From NCBI GenBank assembly GCA_003235475.1, contig QJWC01000044.1, positions 27,451 through 91,450 on the forward strand: 64,000 bases of DNA, in the 5' to 3' direction. The position numbers were made by a program, and so were the translations under genes. This document shows, one piece after another, positions 1-8,290 of the stretch (the first letter of the stretch is position 1; every line of letters begins with the position of its first letter). Source of the DNA: Acidimicrobiia bacterium. GTDB taxonomy: Bacteria > Actinomycetota > Acidimicrobiia > Spongiisociales > UBA5794. The notes under the pieces were generated by a model. It was not told where the DNA came from. It searched no databases and was given only the letters and a program-made list of their open reading frames with translations.

Positions 1-108
1 GTCGGCGACTTCGGCGAGATACTGCTCCACCTGGGCTCGGTCGTAGCCGCGGCGTGCAACGTCGAACCGACGTGCGCGAACGTGGCCCGGTGTCAGTTCA
101 TCGGCCAT
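1..108 (-). CDS. DivIVA-domain protein, N-terminal fragment (gene runs off the window start)
   Basis: Minus-strand ATG at 108-106. The translation MADELTPGHVRARRFDVARRGYDRAQVEQYLAEVAD matches the conserved DivIVA N-terminus (LTPxDV..F....RGYD..EV..FL..V). Confidence 0.6.
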   Translation of the reverse strand, partial: MADELTPGHVRARRFDVARRGYDRAQVEQYLAEVAD

Positions 109-156
109 GGAGAAAGGGTAGGACCCGGGGAGGCCGCGCCGAGGGATTGTCAGGCG

Positions 157-1251
157 CTACAGCGTTTCGAGGAAGGCGATGGCATCCTCGATGGTGCCGA
201 TGCTCACGATCTCGACCCTGCCGTTCGCCGCCTCGACCGCATCGTCATAGTTTCCGGCTGGCACGAGGATCGCGACGGCCCCAGCGTCCATTGCGCCGAA
301 GACCTTCTGCCGGACTCCGCCGATCAGGCCCACGACGCCGTCCCGGTTGATGGTCCCGGTTCCGGCAATTCGATTGCCGCCGGTGAGGCTCCCCGGTGTG
401 AGCTGATCGATGATCTCGAGGGCGAACATCATGCCCGCTGACGGACCGCCGATGTTCTGGGAGTCGATGACGACGTCGACGGGGAACTCGACGATGGGCT
501 CGTTGTTGTCGAGGAGCACACCGATGAACGGACGACCCGGTTCTTCGGGATGCGTACCGAGAATCAGGTCGACCGAAACATCTTCGCGACTGGTGCCGTC
601 CGGGTCTGTCAACCGCTCAACGAGGAACGACGCTGGATCGCCAACACCGAGACTGTCGAGCTCGGCGAGGATGTCAGAAGCGAACGCGATGACCTTGCCG
701 TCCATCTCGATGATGATGTCGTTTGGTTCGAGCACGCCGTCGGCCGGGGCGCCCGGCACCGTCTCGATGACGATCACACCGGTGCCGATCAGCTTCGGTT
801 CATAGCCCAGGTAGGAGAGTGCCACGAAGATCGCATTCCGTTTCGACTCCTCCATCAGGGCGAGGTTCGTGCGGCGCAATGCCTCTGGCGAAACGTCTGG
901 TGGCCTGATGTTCTCGCGTGGGGTGAGGTCCACGGACTCGTCGAGCTTCGCGGCTGCCCACTCGAACACATTGGCCTCATCGAGCGACACGGTGAGGAAG
1001 AAGAGTTCGCCCGACTGCGAGGGTTCACCGCCTTCCACGTGGACGAAGTCGGACGCGTCGTAGACGGGTCCTGGGCTCTGCGTGTAATAGGGCAGGTTGA
1101 CCGGCCAGGCCACGGCCACGGCAATGCCGATGGCGATCAGGAACCCCGCGACGACCCAAGGCCACTTCGGATACGGGTCTGTCGGGCGCACGGAAGGGGG
1201 AACGTCCGAAAACGGAGCGCCCTCTTCGGACAAGGTGACGTCATGGTCCAC
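157..1251 (-). CDS. Membrane-anchored PDZ plus Lon-like (S16) protease-domain protein (YlbL/SdrC-type)
   Basis: 364-aa ORF with an N-terminal TM (WVVAGFLIAIGIAVAVAW) and a PDZ-like segment (GAPADGVLEPNDIIIEMDGKVI). It carries the Lon C-terminal proteolytic motif GPSAGMMFALEIID. Confidence 0.8.
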   Translation of the reverse strand: MDHDVTLSEEGAPFSDVPPSVRPTDPYPKWPWVVAGFLIAIGIAVAVAWPVNLPYYTQSPGPVYDASDFVHVEGGEPSQSGELFFLTVSLDEANVFEWAAAKLDESVDLTPRENIRPPDVSPEALRRTNLALMEESKRNAIFVALSYLGYEPKLIGTGVIVIETVPGAPADGVLEPNDIIIEMDGKVIAFASDILAELDSLGVGDPASFLVERLTDPDGTSREDVSVDLILGTHPEEPGRPFIGVLLDNNEPIVEFPVDVVIDSQNIGGPSAGMMFALEIIDQLTPGSLTGGNRIAGTGTINRDGVVGLIGGVRQKVFGAMDAGAVAILVPAGNYDDAVEAANGRVEIVSIGTIEDAIAFLETL

Positions 1252-1298
1252 CCGGCGAGGTTACCGGTCGGCCGCGATAGGCACTCGGCCAACGCGCG

Positions 1299-1859
1299 TC
1301 AGGCGATCAGCCGTCCTGCGACCATGTTGGCCGTCACCACGATCCGCTGATTCGACGAGCCTTTGGGATGGCAAGCGAACATCGTCAGCATCGGGCCGTC
1401 GAAGTCGTAGGTGATCCACATGTCCGTTGGCGAGACCACGAACCGATCGGTTACGCGGTACATCACCTCGAACCCATCGCCATCCGTGAGGTAGACGAGA
1501 TCGCCCTTGCGTAGCCGATCCAGGTTGTAGAAGGGCCTCGAATGGGTCGTGCGATGGCCCGCGAGGACCACGTTGCCCTGCTCTCCCGCAAGCGATGTTC
1601 CAGCCCAATGCGCGACGCCCTGATCGATCACGGACATCGCGATGCCGGACCGAACGGTCTCGTTCAGGCCGATCGCCGGTATACGGAGCTTGGCGAGTTC
1701 GTACCCTGCCGACTGCGACCGGTGGAATGTGTTCTGCCTGGCGGGGTTCGGCGCTGCCAGTTCGGACGGTGGAGCGGCGCCGCTGGCGCCCAACGGCGAG
1801 AACACGGCGACGGCTGCCACGACGACGATGAAACGGCGAAGGATCCGAATCAGTCCCAT
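1299..1859 (-). CDS. Sortase family transpeptidase (class E/F-like)
   Basis: The ORF extends to 1955. I prefer the internal ATG at 1859 (MGLIRILRRFIVVVAAVAVF signal-anchor), which leaves a 71-bp divergent gap to bioY. Sortase signatures LAGHRTTH and TMFACHP (TLxTC-type catalytic Cys) are present. Confidence 0.8.
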   Translation of the reverse strand: MGLIRILRRFIVVVAAVAVFSPLGASGAAPPSELAAPNPARQNTFHRSQSAGYELAKLRIPAIGLNETVRSGIAMSVIDQGVAHWAGTSLAGEQGNVVLAGHRTTHSRPFYNLDRLRKGDLVYLTDGDGFEVMYRVTDRFVVSPTDMWITYDFDGPMLTMFACHPKGSSNQRIVVTANMVAGRLIA

Positions 1860-1930
1860 AATCACACCTATCGGCACCCACCGAAGGGGTCTGAACGAAT
1901 CCGTACACGCCACAGAGGAAGGCAGAACCC

Positions 1931-2524
1931 ATGACCACCGCACAGCCCCGACCAACGATCCTCAACGCCGTGATCCCCCGCAATTGGGTCACGACGCTCG
2001 TCCTGGTCGTTGGATTCGCGCTCCTCACGGCCGTCGCCGCGCAGATCTACATCCCCGTTCCGGGAACGCCAGTCCCGATCACGGCCCAGACCTTTGCGGT
2101 CCTTCTTGCAGGCGCGTCGATCGGCTCCCGAGCTGGCGCGGCGAGCCAGGCGCTGTACTGGATCCTCGGGGCTGTTGGCCTCCCGTTCTATGCGGAGGCA
2201 TCAGGCGGGTGGGAAGTCGCGACCGGCGCAACCGGCGGCTACCTCTTCGGATTCATCATCGCGGCGTGGGTCGTCGGCTATCTCGCTGAAAAGGGCCAGG
2301 ACCGCAACGTGTGGTCTGCCGTGCCGGCCTTCCTCGCTGGCAACACCGTGATCTACCTCTTCGGCGTCCCGTGGCTCATGTGGTCGGTCGAGTCGATCAC
2401 GACGCTCGGCGACGCAATGGCGGCGGGCTTCACACCGTTCGTGCTCGGCGACATCACGAAGATCGTCGCGGCAGGGCTGCTGTTGCCCGTGGCCTGGAAG
2501 CTGGTCGATGTCGTCAAGCGATGA
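1931..2524 (+). CDS. bioY: Biotin transporter S-component BioY
   Basis: 197-aa polytopic protein with the motifs PITAQTFAVLLAG and GGYLFGFIIAAWVVGYL typical of BioY. RBS GAGGAAGG lies upstream of the ATG. Confidence 0.85.
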   Translation: MTTAQPRPTILNAVIPRNWVTTLVLVVGFALLTAVAAQIYIPVPGTPVPITAQTFAVLLAGASIGSRAGAASQALYWILGAVGLPFYAEASGGWEVATGATGGYLFGFIIAAWVVGYLAEKGQDRNVWSAVPAFLAGNTVIYLFGVPWLMWSVESITTLGDAMAAGFTPFVLGDITKIVAAGLLLPVAWKLVDVVKR

Positions 2525-2954
2525 AACGGGTCTTCCCTCGATGACGAGGGAAGAGATCGTCCGGGCGAGTTTCGATGCAGACCCCTATGCCGCCGCACAG
2601 GGGTTCGAGCTGGTGTCCGTCACGGACGACGCGGTCGTCGTATCGATGACCGTGCGCGACGATCAGGTGAACTTCCTCGGAGGCACGCACGGCGGCGTGA
2701 TCCACTCCCTCGCCGACTGCGCTTTCTCGCTCGCGAGCAACGCGTATCCCGAAGACGCCGTCGCAATCGACACGCACCTGACGATCAACGCCCCTTCGGA
2801 CGTAGGAAGCTTGCTGACCGCGACGGCTGTCGAAAAGACTCGCGGTCGCAGCCTCGCCACGTACCGCGTCGACGTGACCCGTGACGATGGACGGATCGTC
2901 GGACTGTTCACCGGCACTGTGTTCGTGAAGCGACCGAAGCCGGCGAACGACTAG
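2508..2954 (+). CDS. paaI: PaaI-type hotdog-fold acyl-CoA thioesterase
   Basis: The motif GGTHGGVIHSLADCAFSLASN and a length of about 140 aa fit the PaaI/4HBT class. The start is ambiguous: ATG 2508 overlaps the bioY end, and ATG 2541 is the alternative. Confidence 0.7.
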   Translation: MSSSDETGLPSMTREEIVRASFDADPYAAAQGFELVSVTDDAVVVSMTVRDDQVNFLGGTHGGVIHSLADCAFSLASNAYPEDAVAIDTHLTINAPSDVGSLLTATAVEKTRGRSLATYRVDVTRDDGRIVGLFTGTVFVKRPKPAND

Positions 2955-3736
2955 AGGTCCAGTTCCTCGCCGAGATACGCCTTGATGACGTTCGGGTCGT
3001 CCTGGATCTCAGCCGGCGTCCCCGTGGCGATCACCTCACCGAAGTCGAGGACCAGGATCCGGTCAGCGATGTCCATCACGAGGCCCATGTCGTGCTCCAC
3101 CAGGATCATCGCGATCCCGAGCTCCTGCCTGACGTCGAGGATGAAGCGCGCCATGTCCTCGGTTTCCTCGAGGTTCATCCCGGCAACCGGCTCGTCGAGG
3201 AGCAGCAGATCCGGCTCCATTGCGAGGGCTCGTCCGAGTTCGACCCGCTTCTGGATCCCGTACGGCAACATTCCGACCGGATGGAAGCGCCACGCCTCGA
3301 TCTCGAGGAGGTCGATGATGTCCTCGACTCGGGCGCGGTTCGCCATCTCCTCGCGTTTCGCATCACCCCACCACAGGGCGCCTTTGAACCATCCGACGTC
3401 GGTCCGGACATGGCGGCCGAGCGCGATGTTCTCGATGACCGTCATGTGTGGGAAGAGCTCGATGTTCTGGAACGTGCGGGCGATGCCGAGTTCTGCGATC
3501 TTGTCAGGGCGCATGCCGAGGATGCTCTCGCCGCGCCACCGGATGTCACCCTCGTCAGGTTTGTAGACGCCGTTGAGGCAGTTGAACGTCGAGGTCTTGC
3601 CGGCGCCATTGGGACCGATGATGGCAAACAGCTCGCGCTCGGCCACGGTGAAGCCGACGTCCTGGAGCGCCTTCACACCTTTGAAGGACAGCGAGACGGT
3701 GTCGAACTCGAGAAGGGGTACGGTCACGACAGCCAC
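2951..3736 (-). CDS. Branched-chain-type ABC transporter ATP-binding protein (LivG-like)
   Basis: Walker A GPNGAGKTS, LLLDEP Walker B and a LivG-type N-terminus (LLEFDTVSLSFKGVKAL). Alternative GTG start at 3727 forms a GTGA overlap with the upstream stop. Confidence 0.9.
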   Translation of the reverse strand: MAVVTVPLLEFDTVSLSFKGVKALQDVGFTVAERELFAIIGPNGAGKTSTFNCLNGVYKPDEGDIRWRGESILGMRPDKIAELGIARTFQNIELFPHMTVIENIALGRHVRTDVGWFKGALWWGDAKREEMANRARVEDIIDLLEIEAWRFHPVGMLPYGIQKRVELGRALAMEPDLLLLDEPVAGMNLEETEDMARFILDVRQELGIAMILVEHDMGLVMDIADRILVLDFGEVIATGTPAEIQDDPNVIKAYLGEELDL

Positions 3737-4518
3737 CGCTTGCGTCGCTTGTAATGCTTGACGTCTCTGAAGGACTTCCGGTCGGTGCCCTCGGCGTGGA
3801 GGCCGAGGTAGAACTCGCGAACGTCCTCATCAGCCAGCAGCTTGCCGGGGTTCCCGTCCATCACGACCTTGCCGGTCTCCATGATGTAGCCGTAGTCGGC
3901 GATGGAAAGCGCCATGTTCGCGTTCTGCTCGATCAGCAGCACGCTCGTCCCGCGCTTGTTGATGTCCACGATGATGTCGCGAATCTGCGCGACGAGCATG
4001 GGGGCGAGCCCGAGCGAGGGCTCATCGAGGATGAGGAGTTTCGGGTTTGCCATCAGTGCCCTACCGATGGCGAGCATCTGCTGCTCACCACCGGACAGGT
4101 ACCCGGCGGTGTCCTTGCGACGATCTGCCAGGAGAGGGAACATGTCCATGACCATCGCGTGGTTCGCCTTGACGCTCGCCGAGTCACGGTTCGTGGTGGC
4201 GCCCGTGCGGAGGTTGTCCTCGACGGACATCTCGGCGAACACCCGCCGTCCCTCCATGACCTGCCCGATGCCTGCCTTGACGATGGCCGACGCGTCCTTG
4301 CCGTCGATCCTCTCGCCGAGGAAGGTGACCGACCCCTTGGTGATGTCCCCCTCGTGGACGTCGAGGAGACCGGTGATGGCCCGGAGCGTTGTGGTCTTGC
4401 CAGCGCCGTTGGCGCCGAGCAACGCGACGATCTGTCCCTCCTCGACCTTGATCGAAAGGCCTCGGAGGACGAGCACGACGTCGTTGTAGACGACCTCGAG
4501 GTTTGCTACCTCAAGCAT
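3724..4518 (-). CDS. Branched-chain-type ABC transporter ATP-binding protein (LivF-like)
   Basis: MLEVANLEVVYNDVVLVLRGLS...GANGAGKTT, LSGGEQQML and LILDEP. It has a basic C-terminal tail (KHYKRRKRWLS). Confidence 0.9.
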   Translation of the reverse strand: MLEVANLEVVYNDVVLVLRGLSIKVEEGQIVALLGANGAGKTTTLRAITGLLDVHEGDITKGSVTFLGERIDGKDASAIVKAGIGQVMEGRRVFAEMSVEDNLRTGATTNRDSASVKANHAMVMDMFPLLADRRKDTAGYLSGGEQQMLAIGRALMANPKLLILDEPSLGLAPMLVAQIRDIIVDINKRGTSVLLIEQNANMALSIADYGYIMETGKVVMDGNPGKLLADEDVREFYLGLHAEGTDRKSFRDVKHYKRRKRWLS

Positions 4519-4566
4519 CCACGCTCCTGTCCTGGGCTGGGTCCGGCGCGATGGCCGGTTGGTCGG

Positions 4567-4596
4567 GGTGGGGGTGCGGCGGACCGCACCCCCACC
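4567..4596 (-). terminator. GC-rich intercistronic stem-loop after the substrate-binding-protein gene (no U-tract)
   Basis: 12-13 bp perfect stem GTGGGGGTGCGG / CCGCACCCCCAC with loop CGGA. It lies 13 nt downstream of the SBP stop and before the ATPase genes. Confidence 0.45.
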
Positions 4597-4608
4597 GTCA
4601 GTTGGTTG

Positions 4609-5985
4609 TTACGGCAGCACGTAGCAAGGGCCGCTGAAGTCGTAGCCCGCAGCCGCCTCGCTCGTCCGCTCCTCCAGGAAGATGCTTCCCGAGGTTGCAC
4701 CTTCGGTCGAGAGCGTCTGATCAGCACCGCCAGCCGCGGTGTATGCCGCGAGGTCGACATCGCTGATCAGGCTCGTCCGCTGCACGAAGTCGTTCGGCGT
4801 GCCTGCCCAACTCTGGTCAGGTTGGGAGCCACCGAACGAAACCCCGGCGAGGGAGTTCGCCGCGGCGACCATCCCCGCATGCGTCAGGTCATTGTTGGCG
4901 AGGGCCGCCTTGATGACCTCATGCATTGCGATTGACTCGTTCCACCCAGCGGCGAACGAATCCGAGGGTCGACGATCCGGATAGGCCGCTGCGAGAGCAG
5001 CCATCATCTCGTTGTTGCCAGGCGTGTCAGTGCCCCACGACACGTTGTAGTTCGTTGCCGTGTACACCGCGTCATACAGCGGACCGGCAGCCGTGTCGAG
5101 CAGTGCCGGGTTGTATGTCGGGCCGGATCCCGTGAACCTGCCCTGATACCCCGCTTGGACGGAGCCGGCAAGAATCTCGGCACCGATCGACGGGTTCGTC
5201 GTGAGGAAGGTCCAATCGGCGCCGGAGCCAGCGATACCCTGGATCACAGCCGTCTGGTCCTGTCCCGGAATGACCGCACCTTCGCCGTCGTACGCGAGAT
5301 CGAGTCCGTAGTAGTCGAGGGCATATTTGACACCCGCCGCAGCGTCCTGGCCATAGTCGCCAGGGAACGTCGCGAGCGCAAAGCTCTGCGCACCTTGGTC
5401 CTTCGCGTACTCCACGAGGTTCATCGCCTCGAGGCAGTAGTTGGTGTTCTGCTCGAGCATGACGCCCGAGTCAAAGTCCGAGAACGGCCAACCCGAGTAC
5501 CAGCTGAGTGGGATGACGAGCATGTCGTCCTCCACGTACTTCGGAAGAGCCTGAACGTTCGTCGGAGAACCGGTCGACTGGGTAATCGCCAATACTTGAT
5601 TGCGAAGGTTCTCGTACTTCTCGAGGTGTTGGTCCACGTTGTAGTTCGTGTCCTCGATGACGAGCTCGACGGTCCAGCCGTCGATACCGCCGGCAGCGTT
5701 CACGTTGTCCCAGTAGACTTTCTGCGCATCGGTGATGTCGATCACCAGCGGCGAGAAAATGCCCGTCAGGTCGGCCAGCAAGCCGAGCTTGATGACTTTG
5801 TTCTCGACGTCGACGCCGTAATCGGTCTTCAACTCGACGGGAGCTGCGGTGGTCGTGGTGCTCGTACCACCGTCGCCGGGTCCCGTTGTCGTGGTGGTCG
5901 TCGTGTCGTCGGTGCTACTGCCACACGCGGCAGCCACCATTGCGATCACGATCACCATGACGAGGAAGCTGAGTCGCTTTCTCAT
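4609..5985 (-). CDS. Liv/family-4-type ABC substrate-binding lipoprotein
   Basis: The real start is ATG 5985 (MRKRLSFLVMVIVIAMVAAACGSS, lipobox AAAC) with RBS GGAGAGGAG upstream. A Thr-rich linker is followed by a periplasmic-binding-protein body. The 147-codon upstream extension of ORF 4609..6426 is R/P-rich and was rejected. Confidence 0.85.
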   Translation of the reverse strand: MRKRLSFLVMVIVIAMVAAACGSSTDDTTTTTTTGPGDGGTSTTTTAAPVELKTDYGVDVENKVIKLGLLADLTGIFSPLVIDITDAQKVYWDNVNAAGGIDGWTVELVIEDTNYNVDQHLEKYENLRNQVLAITQSTGSPTNVQALPKYVEDDMLVIPLSWYSGWPFSDFDSGVMLEQNTNYCLEAMNLVEYAKDQGAQSFALATFPGDYGQDAAAGVKYALDYYGLDLAYDGEGAVIPGQDQTAVIQGIAGSGADWTFLTTNPSIGAEILAGSVQAGYQGRFTGSGPTYNPALLDTAAGPLYDAVYTATNYNVSWGTDTPGNNEMMAALAAAYPDRRPSDSFAAGWNESIAMHEVIKAALANNDLTHAGMVAAANSLAGVSFGGSQPDQSWAGTPNDFVQRTSLISDVDLAAYTAAGGADQTLSTEGATSGSIFLEERTSEAAAGYDFSGPCYVLP

Positions 5986-6044
5986 CTGTGTTTCTCCTCT
6001 CCTGTGTGCCTTTTCTCTTTGATCCCGGCCGTACCGGGACATTT

Positions 6045-7316
6045 CTAGTATGTGAAGGGCCAGCCCTTCCAGTAATTCCTGATCTTGATCCAGATACCGA
6101 AGAGTCCCAAGGGCTCCGCGATCAGGAAGACGATGATGAGGACGCCGAACAGGACGACGTTGAATTGGAAGATGCTGAGGCCCGGACCCGCCGCGTCGAG
6201 TGACAGGATGCCGAGCCAGTCGTCCGGGCTCGATCGGATGACGAGTTTGCCGAGAAACGCGAGCGGCCCTCCCTCGTCGGCTTGCGTTGCCAGGAAGTGC
6301 GTGAGGTTGTCGACGATCCGGGGCGAGAGCAGCACGAACGAGGTCCCCATCAGCGTTCCAGCGACCGTACCGGCACCACCGATCAGGATGATCGCCACGA
6401 ACTCGACGGCGAGCGCGAGGTCCCACGATTCGGGAGTGACCCCGCCGAGGAAGCTTGCCAGCAACGCACCGCAGATACCGGCATAGAACGATGAGACAGC
6501 AAACGCTTCCGTCTTTGCCCTGATCTCGTTGACCCCCATCACCTCGGCAGCGATGTCACGGTCGCGGATGGCTGCCCACGACCTCCCGATCCGCGTCCTC
6601 ATCAAGTTCTTCGCGGCAAGTGCGAACACGATCAGGAGCACGGCGAGGAGGAAATACGTCTTGGCGTTGCCAGGCATCTCGTCGACGTGCACCCACGGGA
6701 GCCAGTTGATCGGCTTCAGGAACCACCACAGCGGGCCGTCGCTCGTGAATGACATCAACGGCGTTTCGCCCTTCCAGAGATAGAGATCGAGGTTCGGCCA
6801 TCGACGACCGATCCCCGGCGTCCCCGAGATGAAGTGGAGGTTTCGCCACAGGTGGAGCCCGATGAACACGAGACCAAGGGTTGCGAATGCCAAATAGAGC
6901 CCGCGGATCCGCACACCCATGGGTGCCACCAGGATCCCGATGAGGGCAGCCACGAGGCCGGATGCGGGGAGCCAGATCCAGATCGGCAGGCCGAGGCCCC
7001 ACAATGCGCCCCCGTCGCCGCCCACGACGACGGCGGTATAGGCACCGACCGCCAGGAAGAACGCGTGTCCGAGTGACACCTGACCTGCAACGCCGGTGAG
7101 CAGGTTGAGACCGAGCGCTCCGATGCCGAAGATCAGCACGCGGTTGAGGAGACCGAGCCAGCTGTTGCCCCCGAGGAACCCGAACCACGGAATCCCCGAC
7201 AACGGGGCAAGGACCATGAGGACGAAGAAGATGCCGATGACGACTCGCTTCGTCATCGTCGGGAACAGCGACATCTCCGACGGGTAGTTCGTGTAGAGGT
7301 TCGGTCTGCCCCTCAT
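6045..7316 (-). CDS. Branched-chain-type ABC permease (LivM-like)
   Basis: 423-aa polytopic protein. The ATGA overlap with the upstream permease stop fits the LivM position and size. Confidence 0.9.
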   Translation of the reverse strand: MRGRPNLYTNYPSEMSLFPTMTKRVVIGIFFVLMVLAPLSGIPWFGFLGGNSWLGLLNRVLIFGIGALGLNLLTGVAGQVSLGHAFFLAVGAYTAVVVGGDGGALWGLGLPIWIWLPASGLVAALIGILVAPMGVRIRGLYLAFATLGLVFIGLHLWRNLHFISGTPGIGRRWPNLDLYLWKGETPLMSFTSDGPLWWFLKPINWLPWVHVDEMPGNAKTYFLLAVLLIVFALAAKNLMRTRIGRSWAAIRDRDIAAEVMGVNEIRAKTEAFAVSSFYAGICGALLASFLGGVTPESWDLALAVEFVAIILIGGAGTVAGTLMGTSFVLLSPRIVDNLTHFLATQADEGGPLAFLGKLVIRSSPDDWLGILSLDAAGPGLSIFQFNVVLFGVLIIVFLIAEPLGLFGIWIKIRNYWKGWPFTY

Positions 7317-8290
7317 ACCCGACGCACTTCCTCAGTGCCGAACAGCCCGTACGGCTTCACGATGAGGATCGCCATCATGAGCAACCACGGAACGATGCCC
7401 GAAAAGCCGATGCCCAACCAATCCACGCTCCCGAGATAGACGCCTGCAGCCACCTCGGCCACACCCACGAAGAGTCCTGCGATGATCGCGCCCGAGATCG
7501 AGTCGAGGCCACCGATGATCACCACCGGAAACGCGCGGAACGCGATGAATGCGGTCACCGGACTCACGCCAGCCGCCCGGGGCGCCACTGAGGCAAAGAG
7601 GCCGCCGAGAGCGGCGAGCGCGGCGCCGATCCCCCACGCCGTGGCGAATATACGCCCGACCGAGATCCCTTGAGCCATGGCAGCTTCCTGATCGAACGCC
7701 GTAGCGCTCATCGCGATCCCGGTGCGCGACCTGAAGAAGACGACGAGCAGCAGTACCACCGCGATCAGGACGCCGACGGTGACGATCTGGGTGTGTGCGA
7801 CGCGCACGCCAGCGACGTCGAAGAATGAGGCGCCCCACGGGTCACCGAGGCCGTTCACGTCGTTGTCCATGAGGTCGTTCGTGAACGTTCGGATGATGAG
7901 ATCGAGGCCGAGGGTGATCATGGCAACGGCGAAGAGCGGCTCGCCGATCATGGGGCGAATCGTGACACGCTCGACGACCATGCCCACGAGGGCCGTCGCA
8001 GCCATGGCGAGCAGCACCGCAAGCGTCCACGAGATCCAAGTCGGCGTGTCCCCCATCCATCTTGCCGGAACTTTGAGCACCGTTGCGAAATAAGCAACGA
8101 AGTAGCCGCCGAGCGCGGCGATGGCACCGTGCGCGAAGTTCACGACCTGTGTCGCCTTGAAGATGATGACGAACCCAAGGGCCAGCATCGCGTAGATACC
8201 ACCGAGCGCGATCCCCGAGGTCAGTGCGTTCGCAAACTTTTCGACCGGAGTTTGCTGGACCGCCTGACCGACAAGGATGAGGGCCATCAC
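7313..8290 (-). CDS. Branched-chain-type ABC permease (LivH-like)
   Basis: 325-aa polytopic protein. The start (GTG 8290 or ATG 8287) overlaps the stop of the upstream ligase gene. Confidence 0.9.
   Translation of the reverse strand: MMALILVGQAVQQTPVEKFANALTSGIALGGIYAMLALGFVIIFKATQVVNFAHGAIAALGGYFVAYFATVLKVPARWMGDTPTWISWTLAVLLAMAATALVGMVVERVTIRPMIGEPLFAVAMITLGLDLIIRTFTNDLMDNDVNGLGDPWGASFFDVAGVRVAHTQIVTVGVLIAVVLLLVVFFRSRTGIAMSATAFDQEAAMAQGISVGRIFATAWGIGAALAALGGLFASVAPRAAGVSPVTAFIAFRAFPVVIIGGLDSISGAIIAGLFVGVAEVAAGVYLGSVDWLGIGFSGIVPWLLMMAILIVKPYGLFGTEEVRRV

Noticed and set aside
1860-1930. Possible biotin-regulator operator upstream of bioY (TGAAC GAATCC GTACA)
   Set aside because: The spacing and the right half-site do not fit the BioQ-type TGAAC-N3-GTTCA motif or BirA-type sites. 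Only a single weak half-site is present.
2951-2954. Convergent genes whose stop codons share the palindrome CTAG (also at 46367..46370, and a CTAA case at 27057..27060)
   Set aside because: TAG read on both strands gives CTAG. This is a trivial consequence of tight gene packing, not a functional element. No terminator hairpin is present at these sites.
5986-6426. 147-codon N-terminal extension of the SBP ORF
   Set aside because: The extension is R/P-rich and overlaps the end of the LivM-like gene. An internal ATG at 5985 has a strong RBS and yields a textbook lipoprotein signal peptide.
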